DNA of 64,000 nucleotides from an uncultured Chloroflexia bacterium (GTDB lineage: Bacteria > Chloroflexota > Chloroflexia > Thermomicrobiales > UBA6265), in NCBI GenBank assembly GCA_963724295.1, contig CAVRUC010000004.1, forward strand, positions 64,001 to 128,000, read 5' to 3'. Below the pieces are notes generated by a model that saw only the letters and a program-made list of their open reading frames with translations, did not search any database and was not told the origin of the DNA. Shown in pieces: positions 8,764-19,996 of the stretch. Within the stretch, counting starts at the first letter, position 1; every line of letters starts with the position of its first letter. The position numbers and the translations under genes were made by a program.

Positions 8764-9175
8764 ATGACAGAGATTGCGATATTGACTTTCGGTCCGCTGG
8801 TCATCACGGTGCTGCTCAATCTGCGCAAACGCACAAGTTGGGGGCAGCGGTTGGCTACGCTCGTTGTCGCAGGGCTGGTACTCACACTCCTCCAGTATGT
8901 CGTCGATATTGTGGCAATGGCGCCTGCATTGTCGGCTGGAACCCCAAATGAGCAAGGCTATCGTCTGGGATCCAGCCTTGGCGCACTAACCGCTGACTTG
9001 GTAATCGGTCTCATCCGTGGCGGCATTGGCCTTGGCATCTGGTGGATCTCATCGCTGTTGGTCAGTATCTTGGCGTCTCGCTCGGCAACGGCTCAGGACT
9101 ACAGTTATCAGGCACCACTTGTCGCCGTACCCGGTCAAGGTGTCGGAGTTGCGTCCAGCGAACTTCTCTTCCGAG
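8764..9175 (+). pseudogene. Membrane protein, apparently truncated where it meets the recombinase remnant
   Basis: GGAGG RBS and about 3 hydrophobic segments; the frame then runs out of phase over the recombinase sequence. Confidence 0.45.
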
Positions 9176-9177
9176 AG

Positions 9178-10098
9178 TCCTGCCGAGGAACGGGTGATCG
9201 TGCCGGACGTGGCTCCGGCGATCATCACGGCCGAGGAGCGGGCGGCCGTGATGGCCCGGCTGCGGCACAACCAAGCGACGAGTATCCGCAACAATCGGTG
9301 TCCCGAAGGGAGCCTGCTCCGGGCCGGATTTGTCCGCTGTGGGCATTGCGGCCGGAGCCTCGTCGTCACGAACCCGACAGGGTCGCGACCGACCGCCTCA
9401 CCGACCTACCGCTGCGATCGACGCCAGTCGGCCGTGCGGGGCTGTCCGGAACCGAGCATCGCGGCCAGCCTCCTCGACCCGCTCATCTGGGAGGGGGTCT
9501 GCGCCCTTTTGCTTGATCCCACGGTCATCTATCGGGCACTCTGCACGCACTACGACGGCGGCGGCTTGACGCGGGAACTGGCCGTCATGGAGCAGCAATT
9601 GCAGACCATCGTCACCGAGCAACAACGGACTGCCCGGAGGATCGCGACCATCGAGGACGACGCGGTAGCGGCCCCGTTGCTGGCGGAATTGCACACCCTG
9701 GCGAGCAGCAGGACGTGGAACGGCTGCGGCACCGTCTCGCGGATACGGCAGCGGACACCGCTCAGGTCCGCTCCCTGATGGCGTGGTGTCGGACGGTGGC
9801 CCAGAATCTCGACGGCCTGACCTACGACGAGAAGCGGTCCGTCCTGGCGGTGCTAGGCACGCAGGTCCGCATCTATCGCCGGGGCAGCCACGATGGGGAG
9901 GGAAGACCACACCAGCGGTGGGAGTTGCTCATTGATCCGCGCCGGTTGCAGCCGGACGGCCCGTCGGTGTTGGGGCCGAATCTTCTGTATGGTTCCTCCA
10001 CCCTGTGCGCCTCTCCAGACCCGGATAACCGAATCTGGAGTAGGGGCACGGCATGCCGAGCCCCTGCCACAACGCCACAGCAGACCGAATCGCCGTAA
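9178..10098 (+). pseudogene. Large serine recombinase, C-terminal half only (end of recombinase domain, Zn ribbon, coiled coil), with a frameshift at ~9715
   Basis: APAIIT...LLRAGFVRCGHCGRSL...YRC...C...LDPLIW...coiled coil...LTYDEKRSVLAVLG; catalytic N-terminal domain absent. Confidence 0.85.
9982..10015. other. Predicted right attachment site (element arm cttctgtatGGTTCCtc | CA 9999-10000 | host arm)
   Basis: Mirror image of the arm at 756-772; lies within the integrase 3' end. Confidence 0.6.
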
Positions 10099-10114
10099 TC
10101 TGGCGCCTCTGCCC

Positions 10115-12913
10115 TCAGGCGTGAACCGCCAGTGTGGGCAATGGTGTGAGGTCGTCCCAGTTGGGCCCGGCGCAGACTTCGGTCTCGAGCGGCACCGAAA
10201 GCTCGGCCGCTCCCTCCATCACGCTCTGCACCAGCTCGGCGATCGCCGCAACGTCGGGCCGGTCGACTTCCAGCACCAGCTCGTCGTGGACCTGCAGGAT
10301 CAGCTTGGCCCGCAATCCCGAATCCGCCAATTCTCGATCGAGGTTGATCATGGCGATCTTCATGATGTCGGAGGCACTGCCTTGCAACGGCATGTTGACC
10401 GCCATCCGCTCCGCCGCCGCTCGCCGCGAATAGTTCGCCGAGGTCAGGTCGCCGATGATGCGCCGCCGGCCGTAGATCGACTCGACGTAGCCGTGCTGAT
10501 GCCCAAATCCGAGTGTCCCATCGAAATACCGCTTCACCAGCGGTAAGTTCGCCCAGTACTGATCGATGAAGCGCTGGGCCTCCTGGCGCGGCAGACCCGT
10601 GTCGCGCGAGAGCCCGTGCGCCTGCATGCCGTAGATGATGCCGAAGTTCACGGTCTTGGCGACGCGGCGCATGTCCGCGGTGACCTCTTCCCGCGGGACA
10701 CCGTGGATCACGGCGGCCGTCACGGTGTGAATGTCCTCGCCGCGCGCGAACGCCTCGATCAGGAACGGCTCGCCGCTCATATGCGCCAGCAGGCGCAGCT
10801 CGATCTGTGAATAGTCGGCGGAGACCAGGACCGGGTCATCGAAGAGCCGGAATTCCGGGCGCTGGTCGGCGATGAACGCGCGCCGGACGCGCCGTCCCAG
10901 CTCGGTGCGGATGGGGATGTTCTGCAAGTTCGGGTTGGTCGACGAGAGGCGACCGGTCGCGGCGATCGTCTGGTTGAACGAGGTGTGGACCCTGCCGGTA
11001 CGCGAGTTGACCTGCAGCGGCAGCGCATCGACATAGGTCGACTTCAGCTTGGCGAGCGTGCGGTACTCGAGGATCAGGTCGACGATCGGGTGCCGGTGGC
11101 GAAGGTTCTCGAGGACCTCCGAGTCGACGGAAAAGCCGGTCTTCGTTCGTCGTCCGGAAGGAAGCCCCAGCTCTTCGAAGAGGAGCGGCGCGAGCTGCCG
11201 GGCCGAGTTCGGGTTGATCTGCCGTCCCGCCACTTCATTCAGCTCGATCTCGACCTGCTGCAGCCTTGCGGTAATCTCTTGCGACAGCTCGGTCAGGTAC
11301 GGCACGTCGACCGCAATGCCCGCCTGCTCCATCTTCACCAGCACCGGGACCAGCGGTTGCTCGATCTCATAGAGGAGGGAATCCATCTCCGCCTGATGGA
11401 TCTCCGGCCGCAGCAGGTCGGCCAGCTCGAACGTGACCTCGACGTCGGCGCTTGCGTAATCCCCCGCTTCGTCGGAATCGACCATGTCCATCGTCAGCTG
11501 ATTGCGCCCACTGCCGATCAGAGCGACGATCTCGGTCATCTCGCGGCCGAGGCGGGTGAACGCCAGATCCTTCAGCCGCATCGAGGTCTCGCCCAGCAGG
11601 TAGGCGGCGATCATCGTCTCGAAACCGAGGTTGGTCAGCTCGTACCCATGGCGCTCCAGCACCGCGATGTCGTACTTGGCGTGGTGCGCGTACGCTTCCA
11701 GCTCGCCGTCGATCAGGAGTGGTTGCAGCGCGGCGTAGACCGCCTCCGCAGCGAGCTGGTCCGGGTTACCAGTCGCGTGGCGAAGTGGGATGTAATACCC
11801 CTCGGCCGGACCGACCCCGACGGCGATGCCGACCAGATTGGCGGTGAGAGGATCGAGCGAGTCCGTTTCGACGTCGATGGCGTAGCGACCGGTCTCGCGT
11901 ACGCGCCGCACCAGCCGCGCCAGATCTTCGTCGGTGCGCACGATGGTGCGGATCGAATCCGGGCGCTCGACTCGCGGCGCGACCTCTATGCGGTCGGCGC
12001 GCAGGTCCGGCAGCCGGGTCGCCAGGGTGCGGAACTCGAGCTCCCGGAACAGCTCGATAATCGCTTCACGGTCGTAGTTGCCGACGTGGCTGCGGTCGAG
12101 ATCGATCTCGATCGGCAGATCGCGCACGATCGTCGTCAGCCGCTTGCTGCGCCGTGCCTCGTCGACCCCGGCGGCCAGCGCGTTCCTGGCCCGCGGCGGC
12201 GTGATCTCGTCGAGGTGGGCGAGGATCGACTCGATATCCCCGTACTGGGCGATGAGCGCCTTGGCCGTCTTCTCGCCGATGCCGGAGACACCCGGGATGT
12301 TGTCCGAGGTGTCGCCGACCAGTGCCTTGTAATCGGCGACGTGCTCGGGTCCGAAACCGTAGCGGGCATGAACGGCGCTCGGATCGAAGTACCGCAGCTC
12401 TCCGAAGCGCTGGGCTCCCGGCAGCACGACGGTCGTGTTCTCGTCGACGAGCTGCAACAGGTCGCTGTCGCCGGTGACGATGATCACCTTCACGTCGCTA
12501 CGGTCGGCGCAGACCCGGGAGAGGCTGCCGATGACATCGTCCGCCTCGTAGCCGGGGCGCTCTTCGATCGGGATGTTGAGAGCGTCGATCAATTGCCGGA
12601 CGCGTTCGACCTGCGGCCGCAGATCGTCGGGCATGGCGCCACGGTTCGCCTTGTACTCGGCGAACTCTTCGTCCCGAAACGTCGGCCCGCCTTCCAGGGC
12701 GATGATCGCGTACTCCGGTTTCTCCCGGCGCAGCACGTCCAGCAGCATCGATGCGAACCCGAACACCGCATTGACGACCTCGCCCTTCGAGGTCGAGATC
12801 TCGTTCTTGATCGCGTAGTAGGCGCGGAAGATCAGCCCGTAGCCGTCGACCAGCAACAGGGTCGGGCGATCATCCTCTGGCTGCTCTTCGTTCGTTTGCT
12901 GTGATTCCGACAC
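10115..12913 (-). CDS. polA: DNA polymerase I
   Basis: 5'-3' exonuclease (LLLVDG, EADDVIG), 3'-5' exonuclease (DVET), polymerase motifs ADYSQIELR and QVHDELV. GTG start after AGGAGG. Confidence 0.98.
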   Translation of the reverse strand: MSESQQTNEEQPEDDRPTLLLVDGYGLIFRAYYAIKNEISTSKGEVVNAVFGFASMLLDVLRREKPEYAIIALEGGPTFRDEEFAEYKANRGAMPDDLRPQVERVRQLIDALNIPIEERPGYEADDVIGSLSRVCADRSDVKVIIVTGDSDLLQLVDENTTVVLPGAQRFGELRYFDPSAVHARYGFGPEHVADYKALVGDTSDNIPGVSGIGEKTAKALIAQYGDIESILAHLDEITPPRARNALAAGVDEARRSKRLTTIVRDLPIEIDLDRSHVGNYDREAIIELFRELEFRTLATRLPDLRADRIEVAPRVERPDSIRTIVRTDEDLARLVRRVRETGRYAIDVETDSLDPLTANLVGIAVGVGPAEGYYIPLRHATGNPDQLAAEAVYAALQPLLIDGELEAYAHHAKYDIAVLERHGYELTNLGFETMIAAYLLGETSMRLKDLAFTRLGREMTEIVALIGSGRNQLTMDMVDSDEAGDYASADVEVTFELADLLRPEIHQAEMDSLLYEIEQPLVPVLVKMEQAGIAVDVPYLTELSQEITARLQQVEIELNEVAGRQINPNSARQLAPLLFEELGLPSGRRTKTGFSVDSEVLENLRHRHPIVDLILEYRTLAKLKSTYVDALPLQVNSRTGRVHTSFNQTIAATGRLSSTNPNLQNIPIRTELGRRVRRAFIADQRPEFRLFDDPVLVSADYSQIELRLLAHMSGEPFLIEAFARGEDIHTVTAAVIHGVPREEVTADMRRVAKTVNFGIIYGMQAHGLSRDTGLPRQEAQRFIDQYWANLPLVKRYFDGTLGFGHQHGYVESIYGRRRIIGDLTSANYSRRAAAERMAVNMPLQGSASDIMKIAMINLDRELADSGLRAKLILQVHDELVLEVDRPDVAAIAELVQSVMEGAAELSVPLETEVCAGPNWDDLTPLPTLAVHA

Positions 12914-12976
12914 GCCGGGGATCCTCCTGTATGTGTAGTGAAGTATCGCCGATCCGCCGGTGTCCGTACGCGTCGA

Positions 12977-13097
12977 GGGTGGCGGGTGATGGGTGATAGG
13001 GTGATTACTCGCTGCGCTCGCGGTGATGGGGTGATAGGGAGTCTCTCTCGTTCTCCCTATCACCCTATGACCCCATCACCCTATCACCCATGTCACC
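12977..13097. repeat. Head-to-head array of 7-8 bp repeats (GGGTGAT.. then ..ATCACCC)
   Basis: Five GGTGAT copies followed by about five ATCACC-like copies in the polA/moxR divergent region. Confidence 0.8.
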
Positions 13098-13189
13098 GGC
13101 GCTATACTTGGCGGGATGCGAAAAATCGTGCTGATCATGCGGAGCGGTCTCCCGCGGTGCGGAAGATCCGATAGGAGCTAGCACAACTG

Positions 13190-14185
<996 letters not shown>

Positions 14186-14199
14186 GCGAACGATCGCGG

Positions 14200-15468
14200 A
14201 TGAACGGCCTCAAAATCATCCTCCTCGTTGTGGCGGTCCTGGCGGTCGGTCAGATCGCCGACTGGGGCGTCGCTGACCATCTGGTCATCGCGCTCCTCGT
14301 CATTCTGGCTGTCGCCTGGACCTGGACGAGGCTGAGCCTGCGAGGGATCTCCGTCGCGCGCAAGACCGGCGCCGGTCGGGCCCAGGTCGGACAGTCGCTG
14401 CATGAGACCCTGGCGGTGAGAAACGCCGGTCGTTTGAGCAAGCTCTGGATCGAACTGATGGACCGTTCGACACTTCCTGGACATGACCCCGGCCGCGTCG
14501 TCAACGTTCCCGGTCGCTCGGCCGTCGAATGGGACACGCGGACCGTCTGCGTGCGCCGCGGGCGCTATCACCTCGGTCCTGTCGAGCTCCGGTCGGGAGA
14601 CCCACTGGGCATATTCGCCAGCCGGCTCGAGTTCGCGGAGACCGCCGAAGTGATCGTCTATCCGGCAGTGGTCGAGCTGCGGGAAGCCGGCATACCGGAG
14701 GGCGCCCTCTCCGGGGGCAGCGCCCTGGAGCGACGCACACCCCACGTGACGCCCAATGTCGCCGGTGTTCGCGACTACACGGCGAGCGACGGTTTCAACC
14801 GCATCTCCTGGTCGGCCACGGCGCGCCTGGCCCGCCTGATGGTCAAGGAATTCGACCAGGACCCAACCGCCGACGTCTGGATCGTCCTCGATCTGCATCA
14901 GGCCCAGCACCGCCTCGCCACGCGACCGGTGAACTGGACGCCAGACGACCGTGGCCAGTGGCCGGCGGAGGCCTGGCTCGACTCAACCGAGGAGTACGCG
15001 GTGACCGTCGCCGCATCGCTCGCCGGCCGCTTCCTCGAGGAGGGCCGCAACGTCGGGTTGATCGCCTCCGGCGCGCACCTGGAGACGATTCCCGCCGACC
15101 GCTCGGACCGGCAGCTGGTCAAGATCCTGGAGAGCCTGGCCGTCGTCCGCGCCGACGGCGCTCTGCCGCTTGCCGAGCTCCTTACCGTCGAGGGACGCCG
15201 CCTGGGGCGGCACGATTTCATGACCGTTATCACCCCGTCACTCGACGAACGATGGGTCGCCGCGCTAGCGGAGATCGCGCAGCGCGGCGTTCGCGTTTCG
15301 GCGGTGCTGATCGAGCCGGGAACATTCGGCTCGGCCCCGTCGCCGCTGCTCACGGTCAGCGCCCTGGCGGCGGCCGGGATACCGGCGCATCTCGTCAAGT
15401 ACGGTGAACCGATCGCGTCGGCGTTTGCCAGCCCGGCCCTCACGCAGTTACGAGGTGTCCGTGGCTAG
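14200..15468 (+). CDS. DUF58-domain protein
   Basis: GVRDY...RISWSATAR...LMVKEF; typical MoxR partner. Confidence 0.92.
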   Translation: MNGLKIILLVVAVLAVGQIADWGVADHLVIALLVILAVAWTWTRLSLRGISVARKTGAGRAQVGQSLHETLAVRNAGRLSKLWIELMDRSTLPGHDPGRVVNVPGRSAVEWDTRTVCVRRGRYHLGPVELRSGDPLGIFASRLEFAETAEVIVYPAVVELREAGIPEGALSGGSALERRTPHVTPNVAGVRDYTASDGFNRISWSATARLARLMVKEFDQDPTADVWIVLDLHQAQHRLATRPVNWTPDDRGQWPAEAWLDSTEEYAVTVAASLAGRFLEEGRNVGLIASGAHLETIPADRSDRQLVKILESLAVVRADGALPLAELLTVEGRRLGRHDFMTVITPSLDERWVAALAEIAQRGVRVSAVLIEPGTFGSAPSPLLTVSALAAAGIPAHLVKYGEPIASAFASPALTQLRGVRG

Positions 15469-18083
15469 CCTGGCTCCTCCCATCCCTGCCGCGTCTCCTC
15501 CTCGCTGGTCACCGGCGCGGCTGGCGCGGGCCATATCACCCGCCGAGGGGTGGGCGAGCGTGATCCTGCTCGGCGTCGTCCTGCTCTCCACGGCCTGGAC
15601 CGTCGCCCGCACCGACGTTGCGCCGGATGGCGTCAGCATGGCCGTGCTGGGCATCGGCGGTCTGTTGACCGGGCTGGGGCTGGCAAAGCTCAGCACCCCG
15701 GATCTCCTCGCCCACCTTTTCGCCATTCTCAGCGGCGTCTTCGCCTCATTGCTGCTCGCCGTGGAACGGACGCCGCTCGCGGACGGCGGCCGGTGGGCAA
15801 GGCTCGCCGCACTGGGCGATCTCGGTGCGCAGTGGCTGGCTCAGGCCCAGGCTGGCGATCCGCTTGATGACCCGCGACTCCTCTCCATCATGCTTGGCGC
15901 CGCGGTCTGGCTCGTCTCGTACACCGCGGCCTGGGTGCTGTTCCGCCGGGGCTGGCTAACCACGGCGCTCGCCTTGCCGGGCGCCATTGCGCTCGCCAAT
16001 CTCGGGTATGCGCCCGAGGAAGGGACGTTGCCCCTTCTGGTCATGGTCGTTGCCGGCACGATGCTCGCGGCCCGCCACGCGGCCTACCGGCGGGAGGTCG
16101 AGTGGTCGCGCGCCCAGCTGCCATATCCGCGCCGCACCGTTCCCCGCTTCCTGTTTGGCGGCGTCGTTATCGCGTTGCTCGTGGCGGCTCTTGCCTGGAC
16201 ACTGCCACTTTCCACCAGAGACTCCCTCTTCGGAGCCGCCTGGGAGCGGATCAGTGAGCCTCTCGAGGAGGTCGCCGAGTCGCTGGAACGAGCTCGTCTC
16301 GCAGTTTGGCGGGCCGGGCGATGACAGCGGCGGCTCGTACTCCGCCTTCGGCGACAGCTTCCGCCTTGGCGGGCATCTGCAGCTCTCCGACGATCCCGTC
16401 GTGGTGCTGCAGCCGTCAGGCGGTGCGATGCGCCCCGCCTATCTCGCCGGCCAGCGCTATGACGCGTACAACGGACACGGCTGGTCGACATCGGTCGACG
16501 ATACGTTCCAGGAGACAGGATCCGACGGGCGGCGCTACTCGTCCCGAATGAGCTTCTTCTCCGGTCAGGGCGTGCATCTCTCACCGGAAGTGACCGTGGA
16601 CCGCTCTCAGGTCGAAGCGGAGATGAGGGTCATCCGCCCGAAAGGCGATCTCATCTTCACACTCGATACCTATCTCGCCGCCGACCGGCGCACCAACGTG
16701 CAGCTCTCCTGGCGGCAGCTCGAGAACGAGCTGTTCCCGCTCGTTGCCGGAGAGCTGGCCGCCCTTCCCCAGGACCTGCAACGGATCGGCGCGCTTGTCA
16801 GCAGAGGCAGTTACACACCGCCGTCCAATGGCGGGGTCAATGACGATTCGCCCCTCCCCCTCGATCCCTCCCTCGCCGCGGAGATTCAGTCCGAGCGCGA
16901 TGCCCTCTTGCCCCGGTTCCTCGATGTTGGCTGGGTGATCGGTCCTGACGGGCGAGCCCAGGCACTCCGCGTCTCGGGCCAGTTGCCCGTCTACGACGAC
17001 GTCGAAGCGGTATTCAGCCAGGATGACATCGGCGAAGGCGACGCGTATGCGGTTTCCGGGCTGACCAGCACCGCCGCACCCGACCAGCTCCGGGCCGCCG
17101 GTGACGACTATCCAGCGTGGGTCGCCGATCGCTACCTCAAACTGCCGGAGACCATCACTGACCGCACCCGGGAGCTGGCGCGCCAGCTGGCCACGGGGCA
17201 GTCCAATGCCTTCGACACGGCGGTCGCCGTCGAGGAGTACGTCCGATCGACGATCACCTACAACGAAGACATCGACGCCCCACCGGACAATCAGGACGTC
17301 GTCGATTACGTGCTCTTCGAAAGCCAGGAGGGGTATTGCGAGTACTACGCCTCGGCGATGGCCGTTCTTCTCCGCGCCGAGGGCATCCCCTCCCGGGTGG
17401 TCGGCGGCTACTTCCCGGCGCCGTACGACGCGAACGAGGGGGGGCACCTCTATCGCGAGAAGAACGCGCACCTCTGGGTCGAAGCCTTCTTCCCCGGGTA
17501 CGGCTGGATCCCGTTCGAGCCAACCGCGAACCGGGAGCGACTCGATTACGGTGATCTGACCGCGCCCGCGCAGGAGCCCGCGCTGCCGACACCCGTTCCA
17601 ACCCCGCCTCCCGTCGCGGAGCCGACCCCGCCTCCTGTAGCGGAGGCACCGGCGCAGCAGCCCCCGATGACGCCGCCAGACATCCTGTCCGACCCGACAC
17701 GGCTCGCCGGCTGGATCGGACTCGTGCTGGCCGCGCTCGTCGCCATCGCGGCGCTCGCCGCGGTCACGGCCTGGTTTCTCGGGTTCCGCGGTCTCTCGCC
17801 TGTCTCGAGTCTCTACGCCCGCTCTCTGCGGGTGGGCAACTGGCTCGGCGTGCCGCCCAGGGTCTCGCTGACGCCGCATGAATATGCCGATCGGGTTGGC
17901 CGCGTCGTACCGTCGGCGCAAGGTCCGGCCCGGGTCGTCGCCGAGCTTTACACCCAGGAGCGTTACGCGGGGCGCCGGCCGGACGGGGATGCCATGCGCG
18001 CCGCACGCGACGCCTGGCGCGATCTGCGCGGGATCGCCATCGGTTCGCTCCTGCGCCGGAACCGGGGAGCGAGGCGACAATGA
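15461..18083 (+). CDS. Membrane transglutaminase-like protein (TgpA/DUF3488 + DUF4129); frameshift at ~16283, probably a sequencing error
   Basis: N-terminal TM domain, then GYCEYYASAM...AHLWVE...WIPFEPT in a second frame. Confidence 0.9.
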
Positions 18084-19018
18084 GCGGGCCAGCGGATCCC
18101 GCGCCGGGACCGGTCCTCGTCGCCGGCGCGATCAATACCGACCTGGTGGCGCGCGTCGCCAAAGCTCCCGACGCCGGCGAGACGGTGACCGGATCCACCT
18201 TCGCCATCTTCGGCGGCGGCAAGGGTGCTAACCAGGCCATCGCCGCGGCCCGTTCCGGTGCCCCAACGGCGATATTCGGCGCACTCGGCGATGACGATTT
18301 CGGCCGCCAACGGCGCGCCGATCTGGACGGTGAGGGCATCGACACTGATTCCGTCGCCCGCAGTACGACCGCGGCGTCCGGGGTGGCGCTCATCGTCGTC
18401 GAAGAGGAGACCGGCCAGAACCGGATCTCCTACGTCCCGGGGGCGACGATGACACTCACCCCCGATCAGGCCCGAGCCGCCGTCGAGCGGGTGAGACCGG
18501 TCGTGGTTTTGACCACCCTCGAACCGCCGCCGGAGACACTCGACGCTCTCCTCGATGCGAGCAAGCAACGAGGCGCGACCATCGTCCTGAACGCGACACC
18601 AGAGGCTATCGGCGCCAAGTCGCTCCTCGATCGCATCGACGTCCTGGTGGTCAACGAGACCGAAGCGGAAGACCTCCTCGGCAATGCTGTTTCCGCCACG
18701 AACGGCGAAGAGGCCGCTCGGTCGCTGGCCGCGCTCGGACCGGTAACGGTCGTCATCACCCTCGGCGCCGCGGGCGCGGCGGTAGCCCATGGTGGCCAGA
18801 CGGCGTCGTTCCCCGCGCCCCAGGTCGACGTAATCGACACCACCGGCGCCGGCGATGCCTTCTGCGGCGCGTTTGCCGCCAATCTGGCTCGTGGTCTCGA
18901 TCCGTTCCTGGCCGCGCGCACCGGCGTGGTAGCCGGGTCGCTGGCGACAACCATCCCCGGCGCCTACCCCGGTATCCCTCGCCGCGAGGCCATAGAGGGC
19001 ATGTTGGCTAGATCCTGA
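18080..19018 (+). CDS. rbsK: Ribokinase (PfkB family)
   Basis: GGKGANQAIAAAR, NETE, DTTGAGDAF. Confidence 0.9.
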   Translation: MSGPADPAPGPVLVAGAINTDLVARVAKAPDAGETVTGSTFAIFGGGKGANQAIAAARSGAPTAIFGALGDDDFGRQRRADLDGEGIDTDSVARSTTAASGVALIVVEEETGQNRISYVPGATMTLTPDQARAAVERVRPVVVLTTLEPPPETLDALLDASKQRGATIVLNATPEAIGAKSLLDRIDVLVVNETEAEDLLGNAVSATNGEEAARSLAALGPVTVVITLGAAGAAVAHGGQTASFPAPQVDVIDTTGAGDAFCGAFAANLARGLDPFLAARTGVVAGSLATTIPGAYPGIPRREAIEGMLARS

Positions 19019-19086
19019 GCGGCGCGCTTTCCCGACACGCTTGATTCACACGGGTTGCTGAGCTGCTGCGCGTTGCGAACAGCGTG

Positions 19087-19299
19087 TCATTCCGATGATG
19101 CAGGAGGAATCTCGTGGTCGCCGCGCCGCGGCAGCCTCAAATCGGGCTCAGTACCACCCAGAAGCGCCAACCGTCGTGCGCTCTCGCGCTCGACTAACGC
19201 CCTGAGCGCTTCATGCACGAGCACAGCCACGTCGTCATATCCGGTGAGGGATTTAGCCCTTGCCAGCAACGCGTCGTCAATCTTGAGCGTCGTTCGCAT
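19087..19299 (-). CDS. VapB-family antitoxin with no adjacent toxin
   Basis: MRTTLKIDDALL...LVHEALRALVERESARRLALLGG. Confidence 0.85.
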   Translation of the reverse strand: MRTTLKIDDALLARAKSLTGYDDVAVLVHEALRALVERESARRLALLGGTEPDLRLPRRGDHEIPPASSE

Positions 19300-19333
19300 G
19301 TCTCATCCACGTGGGGTACTGCGCTGTTGGTCA

Positions 19334-19426
19334 TGGCGGAAGGGGAGGGATTCGAACCCTCGAGGCGGTGTTACCGCCTACGCGATTTCCAGTCGCGCGC
19401 ACTAGGCCAGGCTATGCGACCCTTCC
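19334..19426 (-). tRNA. tRNA-Ser(GGA)
   Basis: Cloverleaf with long variable arm, loop CTGGAAA, encoded CCA. Confidence 0.97.
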
Positions 19427-19489
19427 AGCTTAGTTATCAGCCTTTGGCCGTCGATCCCTACTCTCGTGACCGACTGACCGACTCCATTG

Positions 19490-19578
<89 letters not shown>

Positions 19579-19587
19579 AACTCGTGA

Positions 19588-19596
19588 AGTATACCA
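19588..19596 (-). promoter_or_regulatory. Extended -10 (TGgTATACT) for tRNA-Ser(CGA)
   Basis: Directly upstream of the tRNA 5' end. Confidence 0.65.
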
Positions 19597-19638
19597 ACGC
19601 AGTCTCGCCAGATGGGGCCAGATCCGCGTGCGGACAGC

Positions 19639-19664
19639 AAAACCGCCCGGCGGATACCGGGCGG
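19639..19664 (-). terminator. Rho-independent terminator after tRNA-Arg
   Basis: CCGCCCGG-N6-CCGGGCGG-TTTT on the minus strand. Confidence 0.7.
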
Positions 19665-19675
19665 CGCGTCAGAGG

Positions 19676-19748
19676 TACGCCTGGCAGGATTCGAACCTGC
19701 GGCCTTTGGGTCCGCAACCCAACGCTCTATCCCCTGAGCTACAGGCGC
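19676..19748 (-). tRNA. tRNA-Arg(GCG)
   Basis: Anticodon arm TTGGG-TTGCGGA-CCCAA; D-loop with A20; GGTTCGAATCC T-arm. Confidence 0.95.
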
Positions 19749-19804
19749 GCATCGCGTATTTTACACCAGACAGGCTGCGACCCGCCGTGGCGGGTCATCC
19801 GGGG

Positions 19805-19894
19805 CGGGAAGGGAGGGATTCGAACCCTCGGAGCGCTTTTTCAGCGCTCAACCGCTTAGCAGGCGGCCCCATTCGACCACTCTGGCACCTCCCC
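19805..19894 (-). tRNA. tRNA-Ser(GCT)
   Basis: Loop CTGCTAA, long variable arm. Confidence 0.97.
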
Positions 19895-19952
19895 AGGTGG
19901 CTCTGTCCACGGCTGGCCAGCGGCGTCGCGTGCACAGGATTCCAGACAGAAA

Positions 19953-19961
19953 AGTCTACCA
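19953..19961 (-). promoter_or_regulatory. Extended -10 (TGgTAGACT) for tRNA-Ser(GCT)
   Basis: ~60 bp upstream of the tRNA. Confidence 0.55.
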
Positions 19962-19996
19962 CGGGGGCCAACCCTGAGCCGCGATTCCGCCGCCTG

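Larger units (their letters stand above)
756..10000. mobile_element. Decayed integrative element (phage-satellite/IME-like) with primase-helicase and large serine recombinase remnant
   Basis: Non-housekeeping block between the FmdB gene and polA, containing a replication module, an integrase remnant at the right end and a reconstructable attP. Confidence 0.75.

Noticed and set aside
10985..12904. Long antisense ORFs over polA and other genes (also 29484-31418, 50661-52385, 16581-18080)
   Set aside because: Shadow ORFs expected from high-GC codon bias; no recognisable motifs.
16270..16330. Split transglutaminase gene
   Set aside because: One indel with both halves intact; likely the same error class.
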